A DNA stretch of 64,000 nucleotides from an uncultured bacterium (GCA_903839725.1 CAIMDG010000002.1:1078-65077), one strand, 5' to 3'. Shown: positions 19,336 through 29,437, counted from the stretch's first letter. Notes: generated by a model not told the origin, from the letters alone. Program-made: numbers and translations.

Positions 19336-22300
19336 TTATTCTTCTGCTGGACGATTTGCACTGAGTGCATCAACCATCGCTTTCTTTGGTGATCCTGGAT
19401 AACCAGAACCAGCGGGAACGAGACGACCGATGATAACATTTTCCATAAGACCGGTGAGATCATCATCAGCACCACGAACGGCATTTGAGATGAGGACACG
19501 AGTGGTGTGCTGGAATGATGCGGCTGACAAGAAACTCTTACGTGAGAGAGATGTTTCTGTAATACCCATCACCAACTTCTCAACCTTTGCTGCAGAACCT
19601 CCAGCTGCCTTGGCGAGACTATTCTCTTCTGAAAGATGTGTCTCATCGACAATCATTCCTTCAGTGAGGTTTGTATCACCTGCATCCTTGACGCGACGGC
19701 GACTGAACATTTGCTTCACGATAAGCTCAATGTGCTTACGAGAAACTGTTTCACCCTGGAGTTCGTAAATCTTTCCAACTTCACCGATAACGTATTCCTT
19801 GGCACGCTCTTCACCGCCAAATTCAAATACTTCTTCAATATCAGCAGAACCGTCTGTGAGAAGATCTCCCTTCTTCACGCGATCACCAATCTTGACGAAG
19901 ACTGTACGGCGATATGCGAATGTGTATTCAACTTCAGCTGCCTTTTTATTGCCCTTATCTTCGAGCTCAGGAAGAACCTTGATAAGTTTTTCCTTGCCCA
20001 TTTCTTTGACGTCTGTAACAACACCGTCAACAGAAGCAACAACGGCTGGGTTCTTTGGACGACGCTTTTCGAAGATTTCTTCAACACGAGGGAGACCTTG
20101 AGTAATGTCTCCACCAGCTGAAGCGGCTCCTCCGGCGTGGAATGTACGCATTGTAAGCTGTGTTCCTGGTTCACCGATAGCTTGTGCAGCAACAGTACCG
20201 ACAGCTTCACCGAGTGCAATCATGCCATTTTTACCGAGGTCGAGACCGTAACATGTTGAACATACACCGCGTACTGTTTTACATGAGAGTGGTGAACGAA
20301 CTTGGACAGCAGTGATTCCCACTTCTTCTACCTTTGCAGCATCCAACTTTGAAAGTAGATGACCCTTCTCAAAGAGAACCTTGCCTGAAGCATCAGTGAT
20401 ATCTGCAGCGATCACGCGACCACGAATGTTCTTTGAAAGTGGAATTGCGAGACCTGACGCTGTTTGCTTCTTGATAGTAATAGAATCCTTTGTTCCGCAG
20501 TCTTCTTCAGAGACAACGACATCTTGAGCAACGACGAACAACTTACGAGTGAGGTATCCGGCCTTCGCTGTGTTGAGCGCTGTGTCTGTAAGACCCTTAC
20601 GTGAACCGTGTGTCGTAATGAAGTATTCAATTGGAGTCAAACCTTCCTTAGCACATGAGAGAATTGGGAATTCAATAGTTTCTCCTGAAACCGAAGCAAT
20701 GAGACCCTTCATACCTGCCATGATAGTGATCTGTGAGAGAGAACCGCGGGCTCCAGAGTTAACCATGTCATAGACTGATCCATTCTTATCGAGAGATGCA
20801 GGAATAGTCTTTTCAACTTCACTCTTGGCATGCTGCCAGATTTCAATATTCTTGCGGATACGTTCCTCTTCAGTGAGCAAACCGTCAGCAAACTGGTTTG
20901 TAACATTTTCTGCACGAACCTTAGCAGCCTTGATAATGGCATGCTTTGCTTCTGGAATCATGATGTCATCAATACCCCATGTTGTACCTGAAAATGTTGC
21001 ATACTTGAATCCGAATGCCTTGATGCTGTCCAAAATTGGAGCAACATGTTCTGCGCCACGAAGTGTGATCATGTCATCGATAATTGAAGAGATGCCCTTG
21101 CGACCCACTTCAGCATTGATGAATGCGTAATCTTCTGGAAGAACATTGTTGAGGAGGATACGGCCAACTGTTGTTTCGAAGATTTTGCCCTTGAATGCAG
21201 CGTACTTCTTTGTATCTGGTGCGAGCACGCGAACCTTGGCACGAAGATCAATATGCTTGAAACTGTGTGCAAGAATCGCAGCATCAGGAGTTTCGAACGC
21301 TTTACCTTCACCGAGAGATCCAGCCACCATCTTTGTAACCCAGAAACATCCGAGCACAATGTCGAGAAGCTTTGCAGCAACTGTTGGATCATTGTTACCT
21401 GGCTTCAAGATATTTCTATCAGATGCCATGATCATCTTTGCTTCGAGCTGAGCTTCTTCTGACAATGGAACGTGAACGGCCATCTGGTCACCGTCGAAGT
21501 CAGCGTTGAAGGCTGTACAGACGAGTGGGTGAACGTGAATAGCATTACCTTCGATAAGGATAGGCTGAAAGGCCTGAATACCGAGACGGTGCAATGTAGG
21601 AGCACGGTTCAAAAGAACGTACTTACCCTTGATAACTTCTTCGAGAATTTCCCAGACTTCCTTGGCACCATCATCGATGAGACGATTTGCACCGCGGATA
21701 TTGTATGCGAGTTCTCTCTTCAAAAGACCTGCAATAACGAATGGGCGGAATAGTTCGAGAGCCATGTGCTTTGGAAGACCACATTGATCAAGACGGAGTT
21801 CTGGACCAACCACGATCACTGAACGGCCTGAATAGTCCACACGCTTACCGAGCAAGTTTTGGCGGAAGAGACCACGCTTTGATTTCAAACTATCTGAGAG
21901 TGACTTGAGCGCACGCTTCTGAGCCGCAGCTGCAGCAGCACCTGCTGATGAACTGTGACGAATTGAGTTATCGATAAGAGCATCAACTGCTTCTTGGAGG
22001 ATACGCTTTTCATTGCGGAGAATAACTTCTGGAGCATTGATTTCTTTCAATTTCAAAAGACGATTGTTGCGGTTGATCACACGACGATAGAGGTCATTCA
22101 CGTCTGATGTCGCATAGCGACCACCTTCGAGGGCAACCATAGGACGGAGACCTGGTGGAATAACTGGAATACGAATGAGGAACATCCATTCTGGACGGAC
22201 CTTTGCTTTGATCATCTGCTTCACGAGTGAGAGACGCTTTGAAAGCTTCTCACGATCTGCTGAACCAGCATTGTCATGAGCTTCAGTGAGTTCTTTCTGG

Positions 22301-23004
22301 AGCTTGTCGAGATCAACTTTCTTCAAGAGATCATAGACTGCTTCTGCACCGATAGTAGCTTCAAAAAGTGAACCATACTTCATGGCAAACTTGTGATATG
22401 TTGCCTCATCCATAACTGTACCTGGTACGAGACTCTCGATTTCCTTGCGAGCATTGACGACAAGTTCTTTCAAAGCTTCCTTTGTCTTGTCATCTTGAGC
22501 TGTCTTCACCTTACTCTTGTATTCACTATCGAGATCCTTGAGGAACTGTTCTTTTTCTCCTTCATGAACCTTGTTGATCATGTATCCTGCGAAGTAAACA
22601 ACCTTTTCGAGATCAGATGTTGTCATGCCGAGCACGAGACCGATACGTGAAGGAACTGAACGGAGGAACCAGATGTGAGATACCGGTGATGCAAGTTCAA
22701 TGTGACCCATGCGTTCACGACGAACGATAGAACGAGTTATTTCAACTCCACATTTTTCACAGACAATTCCCTTGTAGCGAATGCCGCGATACTTTCCGCA
22801 GTAACACTCATAGTCACGATCTGGACCGAAGATGCGTTCATCGAAGAGACCACTCTTTTCAGAGCGCTGAGTACGATAGTTAATAGTTTCTGGCTTGGTA
22901 ACTTCACCATATGACCATTCGATGATCTTGTCAGGTGACGCCAATGTCAAACGAACGACATTGAAATTCTGAGGATCAAGTGCTTTTTTTGTGTTGATTT
23001 CCAT
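19336..23004 (-). CDS. rpoC: DNA-directed RNA polymerase subunit beta'
   Basis: Zn finger CYCGKYRGIRYKGIVCEKCGVE, NADFDGDQMAVH catalytic motif, full-length homology. Start set to ATG 23004 (MEINTKKALDPQNF), 11 nt after the rpoB stop, not the longest ORF (23055), which would overlap rpoB. Confidence 0.95.
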   Translation of the reverse strand: MEINTKKALDPQNFNVVRLTLASPDKIIEWSYGEVTKPETINYRTQRSEKSGLFDERIFGPDRDYECYCGKYRGIRYKGIVCEKCGVEITRSIVRRERMGHIELASPVSHIWFLRSVPSRIGLVLGMTTSDLEKVVYFAGYMINKVHEGEKEQFLKDLDSEYKSKVKTAQDDKTKEALKELVVNARKEIESLVPGTVMDEATYHKFAMKYGSLFEATIGAEAVYDLLKKVDLDKLQKELTEAHDNAGSADREKLSKRLSLVKQMIKAKVRPEWMFLIRIPVIPPGLRPMVALEGGRYATSDVNDLYRRVINRNNRLLKLKEINAPEVILRNEKRILQEAVDALIDNSIRHSSSAGAAAAAAQKRALKSLSDSLKSKRGLFRQNLLGKRVDYSGRSVIVVGPELRLDQCGLPKHMALELFRPFVIAGLLKRELAYNIRGANRLIDDGAKEVWEILEEVIKGKYVLLNRAPTLHRLGIQAFQPILIEGNAIHVHPLVCTAFNADFDGDQMAVHVPLSEEAQLEAKMIMASDRNILKPGNNDPTVAAKLLDIVLGCFWVTKMVAGSLGEGKAFETPDAAILAHSFKHIDLRAKVRVLAPDTKKYAAFKGKIFETTVGRILLNNVLPEDYAFINAEVGRKGISSIIDDMITLRGAEHVAPILDSIKAFGFKYATFSGTTWGIDDIMIPEAKHAIIKAAKVRAENVTNQFADGLLTEEERIRKNIEIWQHAKSEVEKTIPASLDKNGSVYDMVNSGARGSLSQITIMAGMKGLIASVSGETIEFPILSCAKEGLTPIEYFITTHGSRKGLTDTALNTAKAGYLTRKLFVVAQDVVVSEEDCGTKDSITIKKQTASGLAIPLSKNIRGRVIAADITDASGKVLFEKGHLLSKLDAAKVEEVGITAVQVRSPLSCKTVRGVCSTCYGLDLGKNGMIALGEAVGTVAAQAIGEPGTQLTMRTFHAGGAASAGGDITQGLPRVEEIFEKRRPKNPAVVASVDGVVTDVKEMGKEKLIKVLPELEDKGNKKAAEVEYTFAYRRTVFVKIGDRVKKGDLLTDGSADIEEVFEFGGEERAKEYVIGEVGKIYELQGETVSRKHIELIVKQMFSRRRVKDAGDTNLTEGMIVDETHLSEENSLAKAAGGSAAKVEKLVMGITETSLSRKSFLSAASFQHTTRVLISNAVRGADDDLTGLMENVIIGRLVPAGSGYPGSPKKAMVDALSANRPAEE

Positions 23005-23014
23005 GGTCGTGATG

Positions 23015-26000
23015 TTATTCCTCGTCAGAGGTCTTAGTCTTGTTAATAAGCTCAATGTTCAATGCCAATCCACGCAATGTCTTCAACAAAACGTTGAATG
23101 ATGCAGGAAGGTTCGGCAATCTCATATGTTCACCCTTCACGATTGCATCGAAGGTCTGTGAACGACCGATAATATCGTCGGACTTAACAGTAAGGATTTC
23201 ACGGAGTGTGTGTGCTGCACCGTGACCGAGCAATGCCCAGACTTCCATTTCTCCAAAACGCTGACCTCCTCCTTGAGCTTTACCTCCGAGTGGCTGTTGT
23301 GTAATGAGAGAGTATGGACCAACTGAACGCATGTGGATCTTGTCTTCCACCATGTGGTGCAATTTGAGGATATACATGTATCCGACAGCAATAGGCTTGT
23401 CGAAGTGTTCTCCTGTGCGACCGTCGCGGAGTAACATTTTTCCCGATGCATCGTAGCCTGCCTTCACCAATTCTTGCTTGATTTCAGCATCAGTTGCTCC
23501 AGTGAATGGAGGAACGATAGCTTGATATCCGAGAGCATTGGCAGCGAGACCGAGGTGCAATTCGAGAATCTGTCCGAGGTTCATACGTGATGGCACGCCG
23601 AGTGGTGTGAGGATCACATCAACTGGAGTTCCATCTTCCATGTATGGCATATCTTCTTCAGGAAGGATGCGTGAGATAACACCTTTGTTACCGTGACGTC
23701 CGGCCATCTTGTCACCAACTGAAATATTACGAACTTGAGCGATCTCAACATAAATCTTCTTGATGATACCTGATTCGAGCTTATCACCCTTCTCACGTGA
23801 GAATACTTTGACTGAAATAACGCGACCACGCTTGCCGTTTTCCATACGCTTTGATGTGTCCTTCACATCGCGTGCCTTTTCTCCGAAAATCGAACGGAGC
23901 AAACGCTCTTCAGGTGTGAGTTGTGTCTCACCCTTTGGAGAAATCTTACCGACGATAATATCGCCTGGACGAACTTCTGCACCGATGCGGATAATACCTT
24001 CTTCGGTGAGGTTCTTGAGTTTTGCTTCACCAACGTTTGGAATATCGCAGGTAGTAACTTCGGGACCAAGTTTGGTGTCGCGAACATTCACGACGAACTC
24101 TTCGATATGGATAGAACTCCACTTACTATTCTTGACGACACGTTCTGAAAGGATGATCGCATCTTCGTAGTTATTTCCAGACCATGACATGAATGCAACG
24201 AGTGCATTGTGACCGAGGGCAATCTGACCATTTTCTGATGTTGATGTATCAACGAGCACATCACCCTTCTTAACCTTATCGCCGAGATTGACGATTGGAC
24301 GCTGGTGGAATGCGGTGAAACCGTTGGTACGCTGGAAGAGGACGAGATCAAAGACATGACTCTTTCCTGTTTTCTTTGACTTGAATGTCAATTTCTTTGC
24401 ATCGATATGTGTGATTTCACCATCTTCTGGTGCAACGATCACGCGGCCAGTATCGATAACTGCCTTTGCTTCAATACCTGTAGCAACAAATGGTGCTTCA
24501 GGAACGAGACATGGAGTTGCCTGTTTCTGCATGTTAGATCCCATGAGTGCGCGGTTCGCATCGTCGTGGTTCAAGAATGGAATGAGTGATGTTGCAACTG
24601 AGAACGCTTGGTTCGCAGCGACGTCCATATAATCAACTTCATTCTTGTGGGCCATGACTGGCTTACCATTCAAACGAACTTCAACGTCTTCAACGGTGAT
24701 AGTTCCATCTGCATCGTGAGGAGTTGCGGCGTGTGAGATGCGGAAGTTCTCTTCTTCAAGAGCATTCATGTACACAATTTCCTTGGTGACCTTACCATTC
24801 TTAACCTTGGCATACGGAGTCTCGATCATGCCGAAATCGTTGATACGAGCATACATAGCAAGACGAAGCACGAGACCGATGTTCGGACCTTCTGGTGTGT
24901 GGATAGGACAGAGGCGACCATAGTGAGATGGGTGCACGTCACGAACTTCGAAGCCTGCACGTTCACGTGAAAGACCTCCGGGTCCGAGAGCAGTGAGCTG
25001 ACGAAGGTTTTCGATTTCAGCAAGCGCATTTTCTTGTCCCATGAATTGAGACAATTGGTTGGTGGTGAAAAATTCCTTGATACGTGCCTGGAGAGGACGT
25101 GGATAAATAAATGAAACAGGAAGAGTCACATCAGGTTCAACAGTAGACATCTTGTCCTGAATGTTACGCTTCATCTGTGTAAGACCGAGACGGATACGCT
25201 GTTCGAGGAGTTCACCAACATATCTCACGCGGCGTGAACCGAGGTGATCGATGTCGTCAGCCTGCATGTCAGGAGTGATCGAAAGAGTTACCACGTGAGC
25301 AATGGTTGTTGCAATATCGTCGAGAGACAATGTCTTGCGTTCGAGTTCCTTTTCTTCCATAGACTTACCAAAACGCTTGTTGAAACGGAAACGACCAACA
25401 CGTGAGATATCATAACGATCTGGTGCGAGCAATGCTTGCATGAAGTTGCGTGCATTGTCTGCAGTTGCCAAATCACCATCACGAAGACGCTTGTGTATCT
25501 CTATATATGCTTCATCAACAGTCTTTGCATGATCCTTTGAAAGAGACTGTTCGATAGATTTGAGAGCATCAGGATTTCCCTTGAAGAGGTCAAGGATATC
25601 AGCATTTGTCTTTGCACCGAGGATGCGGAGCAATGATGTAACGGGAAACTTTCTCTTACGATCAATACGACAATAGATAGTACTATCACTATCGGTTTCA
25701 ATTTCCATCCAGACACCGCGAGCTGGAATGATCTTGGCACCGAAGTAATTCTTGCCCTTGAGTTCAGTAGCAGTAAAGAAAATACCAAATGAACGAGCAA
25801 GTTGAGGAGTGATGACACGTTCAACACCATTGATGATGAATGTACCGTGATCAGTCATAAGAGGAAAATCAGCCAAGAACATCTCTTGTTCTTTGACGAC
25901 ATTCAAGGACTTGTTCTTCAAAATAACCTTGACCTTGATTTGACCCTCGTAGTTCAACTTATTGTCCTTGGCGTAATGTTCACCAAATTTTGGACGAACG

Positions 26001-26206
26001 AGTTCGAGACCTCCGATCGAGAGTTCGAACTTTTTGTTGGCATAATCTGAAATAGGAGAAAACTCCTTGAGCAGATTTGAAAAGCCGTGCTCCATGAGCC
26101 ATGCGAACGAGGTGAGTTGTGACTCAACCAAGTGTGGCATCTCTGTGAGAGGTGCTTGGTAGCGTGAAAAGAATTTCTGCGGACGTGCGGTGTTGTGTAT
26201 CGACAT
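23015..26206 (-). CDS. rpoB: DNA-directed RNA polymerase subunit beta
   Basis: Full-length beta subunit: rifampicin-cluster region, GRHGNKGVIS and C-terminal conserved blocks. Confidence 0.95.
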   Translation of the reverse strand: MSIHNTARPQKFFSRYQAPLTEMPHLVESQLTSFAWLMEHGFSNLLKEFSPISDYANKKFELSIGGLELVRPKFGEHYAKDNKLNYEGQIKVKVILKNKSLNVVKEQEMFLADFPLMTDHGTFIINGVERVITPQLARSFGIFFTATELKGKNYFGAKIIPARGVWMEIETDSDSTIYCRIDRKRKFPVTSLLRILGAKTNADILDLFKGNPDALKSIEQSLSKDHAKTVDEAYIEIHKRLRDGDLATADNARNFMQALLAPDRYDISRVGRFRFNKRFGKSMEEKELERKTLSLDDIATTIAHVVTLSITPDMQADDIDHLGSRRVRYVGELLEQRIRLGLTQMKRNIQDKMSTVEPDVTLPVSFIYPRPLQARIKEFFTTNQLSQFMGQENALAEIENLRQLTALGPGGLSRERAGFEVRDVHPSHYGRLCPIHTPEGPNIGLVLRLAMYARINDFGMIETPYAKVKNGKVTKEIVYMNALEEENFRISHAATPHDADGTITVEDVEVRLNGKPVMAHKNEVDYMDVAANQAFSVATSLIPFLNHDDANRALMGSNMQKQATPCLVPEAPFVATGIEAKAVIDTGRVIVAPEDGEITHIDAKKLTFKSKKTGKSHVFDLVLFQRTNGFTAFHQRPIVNLGDKVKKGDVLVDTSTSENGQIALGHNALVAFMSWSGNNYEDAIILSERVVKNSKWSSIHIEEFVVNVRDTKLGPEVTTCDIPNVGEAKLKNLTEEGIIRIGAEVRPGDIIVGKISPKGETQLTPEERLLRSIFGEKARDVKDTSKRMENGKRGRVISVKVFSREKGDKLESGIIKKIYVEIAQVRNISVGDKMAGRHGNKGVISRILPEEDMPYMEDGTPVDVILTPLGVPSRMNLGQILELHLGLAANALGYQAIVPPFTGATDAEIKQELVKAGYDASGKMLLRDGRTGEHFDKPIAVGYMYILKLHHMVEDKIHMRSVGPYSLITQQPLGGKAQGGGQRFGEMEVWALLGHGAAHTLREILTVKSDDIIGRSQTFDAIVKGEHMRLPNLPASFNVLLKTLRGLALNIELINKTKTSDEE

Positions 26207-26430
26207 GTTGTTGATAAAAATTATTAAACGGACATCGTTGCCATTGAATAGTAGTTTCGCAGAACGTAAAAGGCGCTCTCAGGGACGAGAACGTTAGAGA
26301 TGCACGTTACTGCAATTGAATATTCACTGGGTAGGATTAATGATAGACCTTTCTAATCCCTCGCTGTAAGGCAGAACACAATCTGCGAAGTTAGGAGAAC
26401 CCTATCATATAGGCAGAGAAAGTCAAGTAA

Positions 26431-26554
26431 ACAAGGCGGGAGGGGTGTGCATACTCATTTTCTGCACTAGTTTAGAGACATGTACATTACACCACGTACC
26501 TCGATGTTTACAAACTTGTGCAGAAAATGAGTATGCACACCCCTCCCGCCTTGT
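26431..26554. repeat. Palindromic element copy 2: 37-bp perfect inverted repeat around the conserved core in inverted orientation
   Basis: acaaggcgggaggggtgtgcatactcattttctgcac / gtgcagaaaatgagtatgcacacccctcccgccttgt are exact reverse complements. The core tagtttagagacatgtacattacaccacgtacctcgatgtttacaaactt is the reverse complement (about 90% identity) of the copy 1 and copy 3 core. Confidence 0.85.
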
Positions 26555-26665
26555 TTGAAATGACCTGCAATTAGGTCTGCTATTACCAATATATTGACAT
26601 CATACAATTAATATGATTATATTTCATCAAACAACCGAACATTACCAACAAGAAAGGCTACTACT

Positions 26666-27154
26666 ATGGTCTGGAATAGTGCAACAATTTCACAGGCAAG
26701 TAAGACGGACGCCCGATTGATGACACACGTAACACAAGCCAGGGCCTGCATTGAAGAGTGGAATGATGATCCGAAACAGTCCGATGCTTTCCTAGATTAT
26801 CAGTGTCACTCTATCTGTATTGCTTTAGCATCAATTATTCCTGGCCTAACTGTAGTTCACGGATGCTATTGCGGCTTAAAACAAAAATGGCACAAGGGTA
26901 AATTTGTAGACCTTGCATGGACCGCCAAAGATCATTCTTGGTTAACGACCCCAAATGGCAACATCATTGATCCTCATCCCGTAGGCATCATTGCCACAGA
27001 ACCGTTGCTGGTAATCGGCCGAGGTAAAAATGTAGCCTTCGGTGCTGGTCTATACTTCAAAGGTCATATCCAGAAAAGAAAATACTGTAACAAAAAAGTT
27101 GCGCAACAAGTAAAGGTTCTCATAACATTTTTGGAGAGTCGTCGCGCGAAATAA
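26666..27154 (+). CDS. Hypothetical Cys/His-containing protein
   Basis: 162-aa ORF with CH..C...HGCYCG residues. No confident family assignment. Confidence 0.4.
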   Translation: MVWNSATISQASKTDARLMTHVTQARACIEEWNDDPKQSDAFLDYQCHSICIALASIIPGLTVVHGCYCGLKQKWHKGKFVDLAWTAKDHSWLTTPNGNIIDPHPVGIIATEPLLVIGRGKNVAFGAGLYFKGHIQKRKYCNKKVAQQVKVLITFLESRRAK

Positions 27155-27174
27155 TCCAAGCGAAAAACTTTCAC

Positions 27175-27202
27175 GAGGCACCTCACGGTGGCCTCGTTTT
27201 TT
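27175..27202 (+). terminator. Hairpin terminator between convergent genes
   Basis: gaggcacctcacggtggcctcgttttttatt. Confidence 0.6.
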
Positions 27203-27224
27203 ATTACCAACCTTTCGACAAGGC

Positions 27225-27941
27225 CTACCCTTGTCGTTTCTTCTGATCCCCATCAGCCCGAACCGCTGTTCGCCACTCCTCTATATCCTTGTGATTCCCT
27301 CCCAAAAGCACCTTCGGCACACGATATTTCTTCTTTTTATACTCAATTACTTCAGGACGTGTATACACATCAGGACTAGCCACACGTTCTTCTTCGAGTG
27401 ACTGAATATCACCCAATACTCCAGGAATACGGCGAGTGATCGTATCAATCATAATCATGGCGGGAAGTTCGCCGCCCGTAAGTACGTACGGACCAACTGA
27501 TATATCGATCATAGGAAATGCTTTTTTCACACGAGCATCGATGCCTTCATAGCGGCCACAAACAAAAACAATATCTGTATACACCTTGAATGAGTCAGCA
27601 ATCTCATTGGTAAACTGTTGACCTGATGGACTAAAGAAAATAATTTTGACTGACTTTTTCCCTTTGGCTGTTTTAATTTTATTCCCAACCGCTTTTTCGA
27701 TTGCCTTAATAATGGGAAGTGCTTCAATCACCATTCCTGGACCTCCTCCATATGGGCGATTGTCGACACGTCGATCTGCATAACTTTGTTCTTTGTTCTT
27801 TTTTGATGAAACCGTAAAGTCACGAGGATTGTAGTATTTGATAGCGATTGCGCCTTTTTCTTGGGCACGCTTAACAATAGAGGCATTGAGATATGACTCG
27901 AACGATTCCGGGAATAGGGTTATAAGGTGAAAGGTAATCAT
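27225..27941 (-). CDS. trmD: tRNA (guanine37-N1)-methyltransferase
   Basis: MITFHLITLFPESFESYL ... GGGPGMV ... VCGRYEGIDAR SPOUT/TrmD motifs. Confidence 0.9.
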   Translation of the reverse strand: MITFHLITLFPESFESYLNASIVKRAQEKGAIAIKYYNPRDFTVSSKKNKEQSYADRRVDNRPYGGGPGMVIEALPIIKAIEKAVGNKIKTAKGKKSVKIIFFSPSGQQFTNEIADSFKVYTDIVFVCGRYEGIDARVKKAFPMIDISVGPYVLTGGELPAMIMIDTITRRIPGVLGDIQSLEEERVASPDVYTRPEVIEYKKKKYRVPKVLLGGNHKDIEEWRTAVRADGDQKKRQG

Positions 27942-28020
27942 GAATTAAAAAATCGTAGCACAGAGACTGTACCACGATTTCACGAACCTGTCAGCAAGCA
28001 CGATATTATCAGAGAAATAA

Positions 28021-28377
28021 TTATGGTAACGGAGGATGAATGACCATCGGGTTACGTTCCATAGCAAGACGATTTTGTTCGGTGAACCATTGCTCAACTT
28101 CGGGTGAAAAGCTTGTTCTAACCGCAACAACTTCCCTGCAATCAAGGCAGAATTTTGAATGTGGACCAGGAACAACAGCGTTTCCATGTGAACAAGTATC
28201 CTTCATCACTTGAATCTCCTGCGCAACCAATGTTGCTTCATGGAACAGTTTTTCGAAGCGTTCATTAAGCTCCCCGAGACGCGTTTGGAACTTGAGTGAA
28301 TCCATCTCTAGAACTGATTTCTTAATTCGATTCTTTTCGTCTGGACGAAGTTCAACAGTGCTATTTATAATATTCAT
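28021..28377 (-). CDS. Hypothetical small protein with Cys/His cluster (position usually held by rimM)
   Basis: 118 aa; CSHGN...C..C residues. Predicted coiled N-terminal half. No PRC-barrel/RimM signature. Confidence 0.4.
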   Translation of the reverse strand: MNIINSTVELRPDEKNRIKKSVLEMDSLKFQTRLGELNERFEKLFHEATLVAQEIQVMKDTCSHGNAVVPGPHSKFCLDCREVVAVRTSFSPEVEQWFTEQNRLAMERNPMVIHPPLP

Positions 28378-28414
28378 ACTAAAATAAAGCGTACACTAAG
28401 ATATTTATATAGTC

Positions 28415-28450
28415 AAAAAACAGAGCACGTTCATGCTCTGTTTTTTATTC
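28415..28450. terminator. Hairpin terminator between the KH gene and the downstream gene
   Basis: aaaaaacagagcacgttcatgctctgttttttatt. Confidence 0.65.
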
Positions 28451-28466
28451 AAGTAAATTTGACGTA

Positions 28467-28820
28467 TTAATCTAATTTCAAATCCGCCATAGCCTCATCA
28501 ACTGTCTTTGAGTTTGGAGTTGAAAGTGGAACTGCAGGTGCTGTCATACCCATGCGCTCTGGATCCTTGAGTCCACCTACTGGTTCGTTAATCTTCAAGT
28601 TGACGCGTGAATTGTGCTTCATACCCACAACGCGAAGAAGGGTTCTAACTGCCTTGGCAGTATTGCCCTGACGACCAATGATCTTACCCATATCTGCTGC
28701 ACCACATTCGAGAGTGAGAAGAACTCCCATCTCATCTACTGTGCGAACTACCTTTACCTGATCTGGATTGTCGACTAATGCCTTAATAACGTATTCGAGA
28801 AACTGCTGATCTGTCTGCAT
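28467..28820 (-). CDS. KH-domain RNA-binding protein (YlqC/UPF0109-like)
   Basis: GKIIGRQGNTAKAVRTLL GxxG KH motif. Conserved position downstream of rpsP. Confidence 0.7.
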   Translation of the reverse strand: MQTDQQFLEYVIKALVDNPDQVKVVRTVDEMGVLLTLECGAADMGKIIGRQGNTAKAVRTLLRVVGMKHNSRVNLKINEPVGGLKDPERMGMTAPAVPLSTPNSKTVDEAMADLKLD

Positions 28821-28913
28821 AATCGTAATATTAAATTTCGTAATCGTACAGATGACTGCTGTACTGAAAGTATTGTAACAAAACCCCTATATTGAGCAAA
28901 CTGAGACTGTTGA

Positions 28914-29273
28914 CTACGCAGCTGGTGTAGGAACAACTTCTGGAGCTGGAGCGGCAGCTGGCTTTGCAGCTTCTGGTGCAACTTCCTTCTTGATAGGAGT
29001 GTGCAATGGGAGAGCATTCAACTTCTTGCCTGTGATAACTTTGTTATGAACGAGGTAATTGTGAAGTGTAAGAGAAAGCTTTGCACCCTTTGACATCCAA
29101 TACTTGATTGCTTCTGTATCTATCTGCTCTGGCTTATTTTTAATACGAGTATCATACCAACCCAAATTCTTGAGATATTTTCCACTCTTTGGACCATTCT
29201 TGGAATCGGTTAATACAACACGGAATGTTGGTTCGTGTTTGCGGCCTGTTCTTTGTAAGCGGATCATTAACAT
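28914..29273 (-). CDS. rpsP: 30S ribosomal protein S16 with Ala/Pro-rich C-terminal extension
   Basis: MLMIRLQRTGRKHEPTFRVVLTD matches the S16 N-terminus. The longest ORF (to 29354) runs into the palindromic element, so the start is set at ATG 29273. Confidence 0.85.
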   Translation of the reverse strand: MLMIRLQRTGRKHEPTFRVVLTDSKNGPKSGKYLKNLGWYDTRIKNKPEQIDTEAIKYWMSKGAKLSLTLHNYLVHNKVITGKKLNALPLHTPIKKEVAPEAAKPAAAPAPEVVPTPAA

Positions 29274-29321
29274 ATGTGGGTGAAAGCTTATCAGAATCGA
29301 TAATAAAACGCAAGATGTAGA

Positions 29322-29437
29322 GGCACACAGGGTACATGCACTCATTTCTCGCACAAGTTTGTAAACATTGTGGTACGCGGTGTAATGTACATGTCTCTAA
29401 ACTTGTGCGAGAAATGAGTGCATGTACCCTGTGTGCC
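29322..29437. repeat. Palindromic element copy 3: 38-bp perfect inverted repeat (29322-29359 / 29400-29437) around a 40-nt core; outer imperfect inverted repeat 29303-29456
   Basis: ggcacacagggtacatgcactcatttctcgcacaagtt / aacttgtgcgagaaatgagtgcatgtaccctgtgtgcc are exact reverse complements. The core tgtaaacattgtggtacgcggtgtaatgtacatgtctcta differs from copy 1 at one base. Confidence 0.85.

Noticed and set aside
23005-23055. N-terminal extension of rpoC (MSLLTRLRPLTRNNITT...) and similar extensions of rpsP (to 29354), dnaG (to 16254), truB (to 7298), the SBP at 39318, livG (to 36935) and TrmB (46664)
   Set aside because: The longest-ORF starts overlap upstream genes or palindromic elements, or use TTG/GTG. 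Internal ATGs give N-termini matching family expectations.
19430-26050. Numerous 60-160-aa ORFs on the plus strand inside rpoC and rpoB (e.g. 19636-20121, 23760-24170, 25802-26050)
   Set aside because: They are fully embedded antisense to well-supported long genes, have no motifs, and are typical shadow ORFs.
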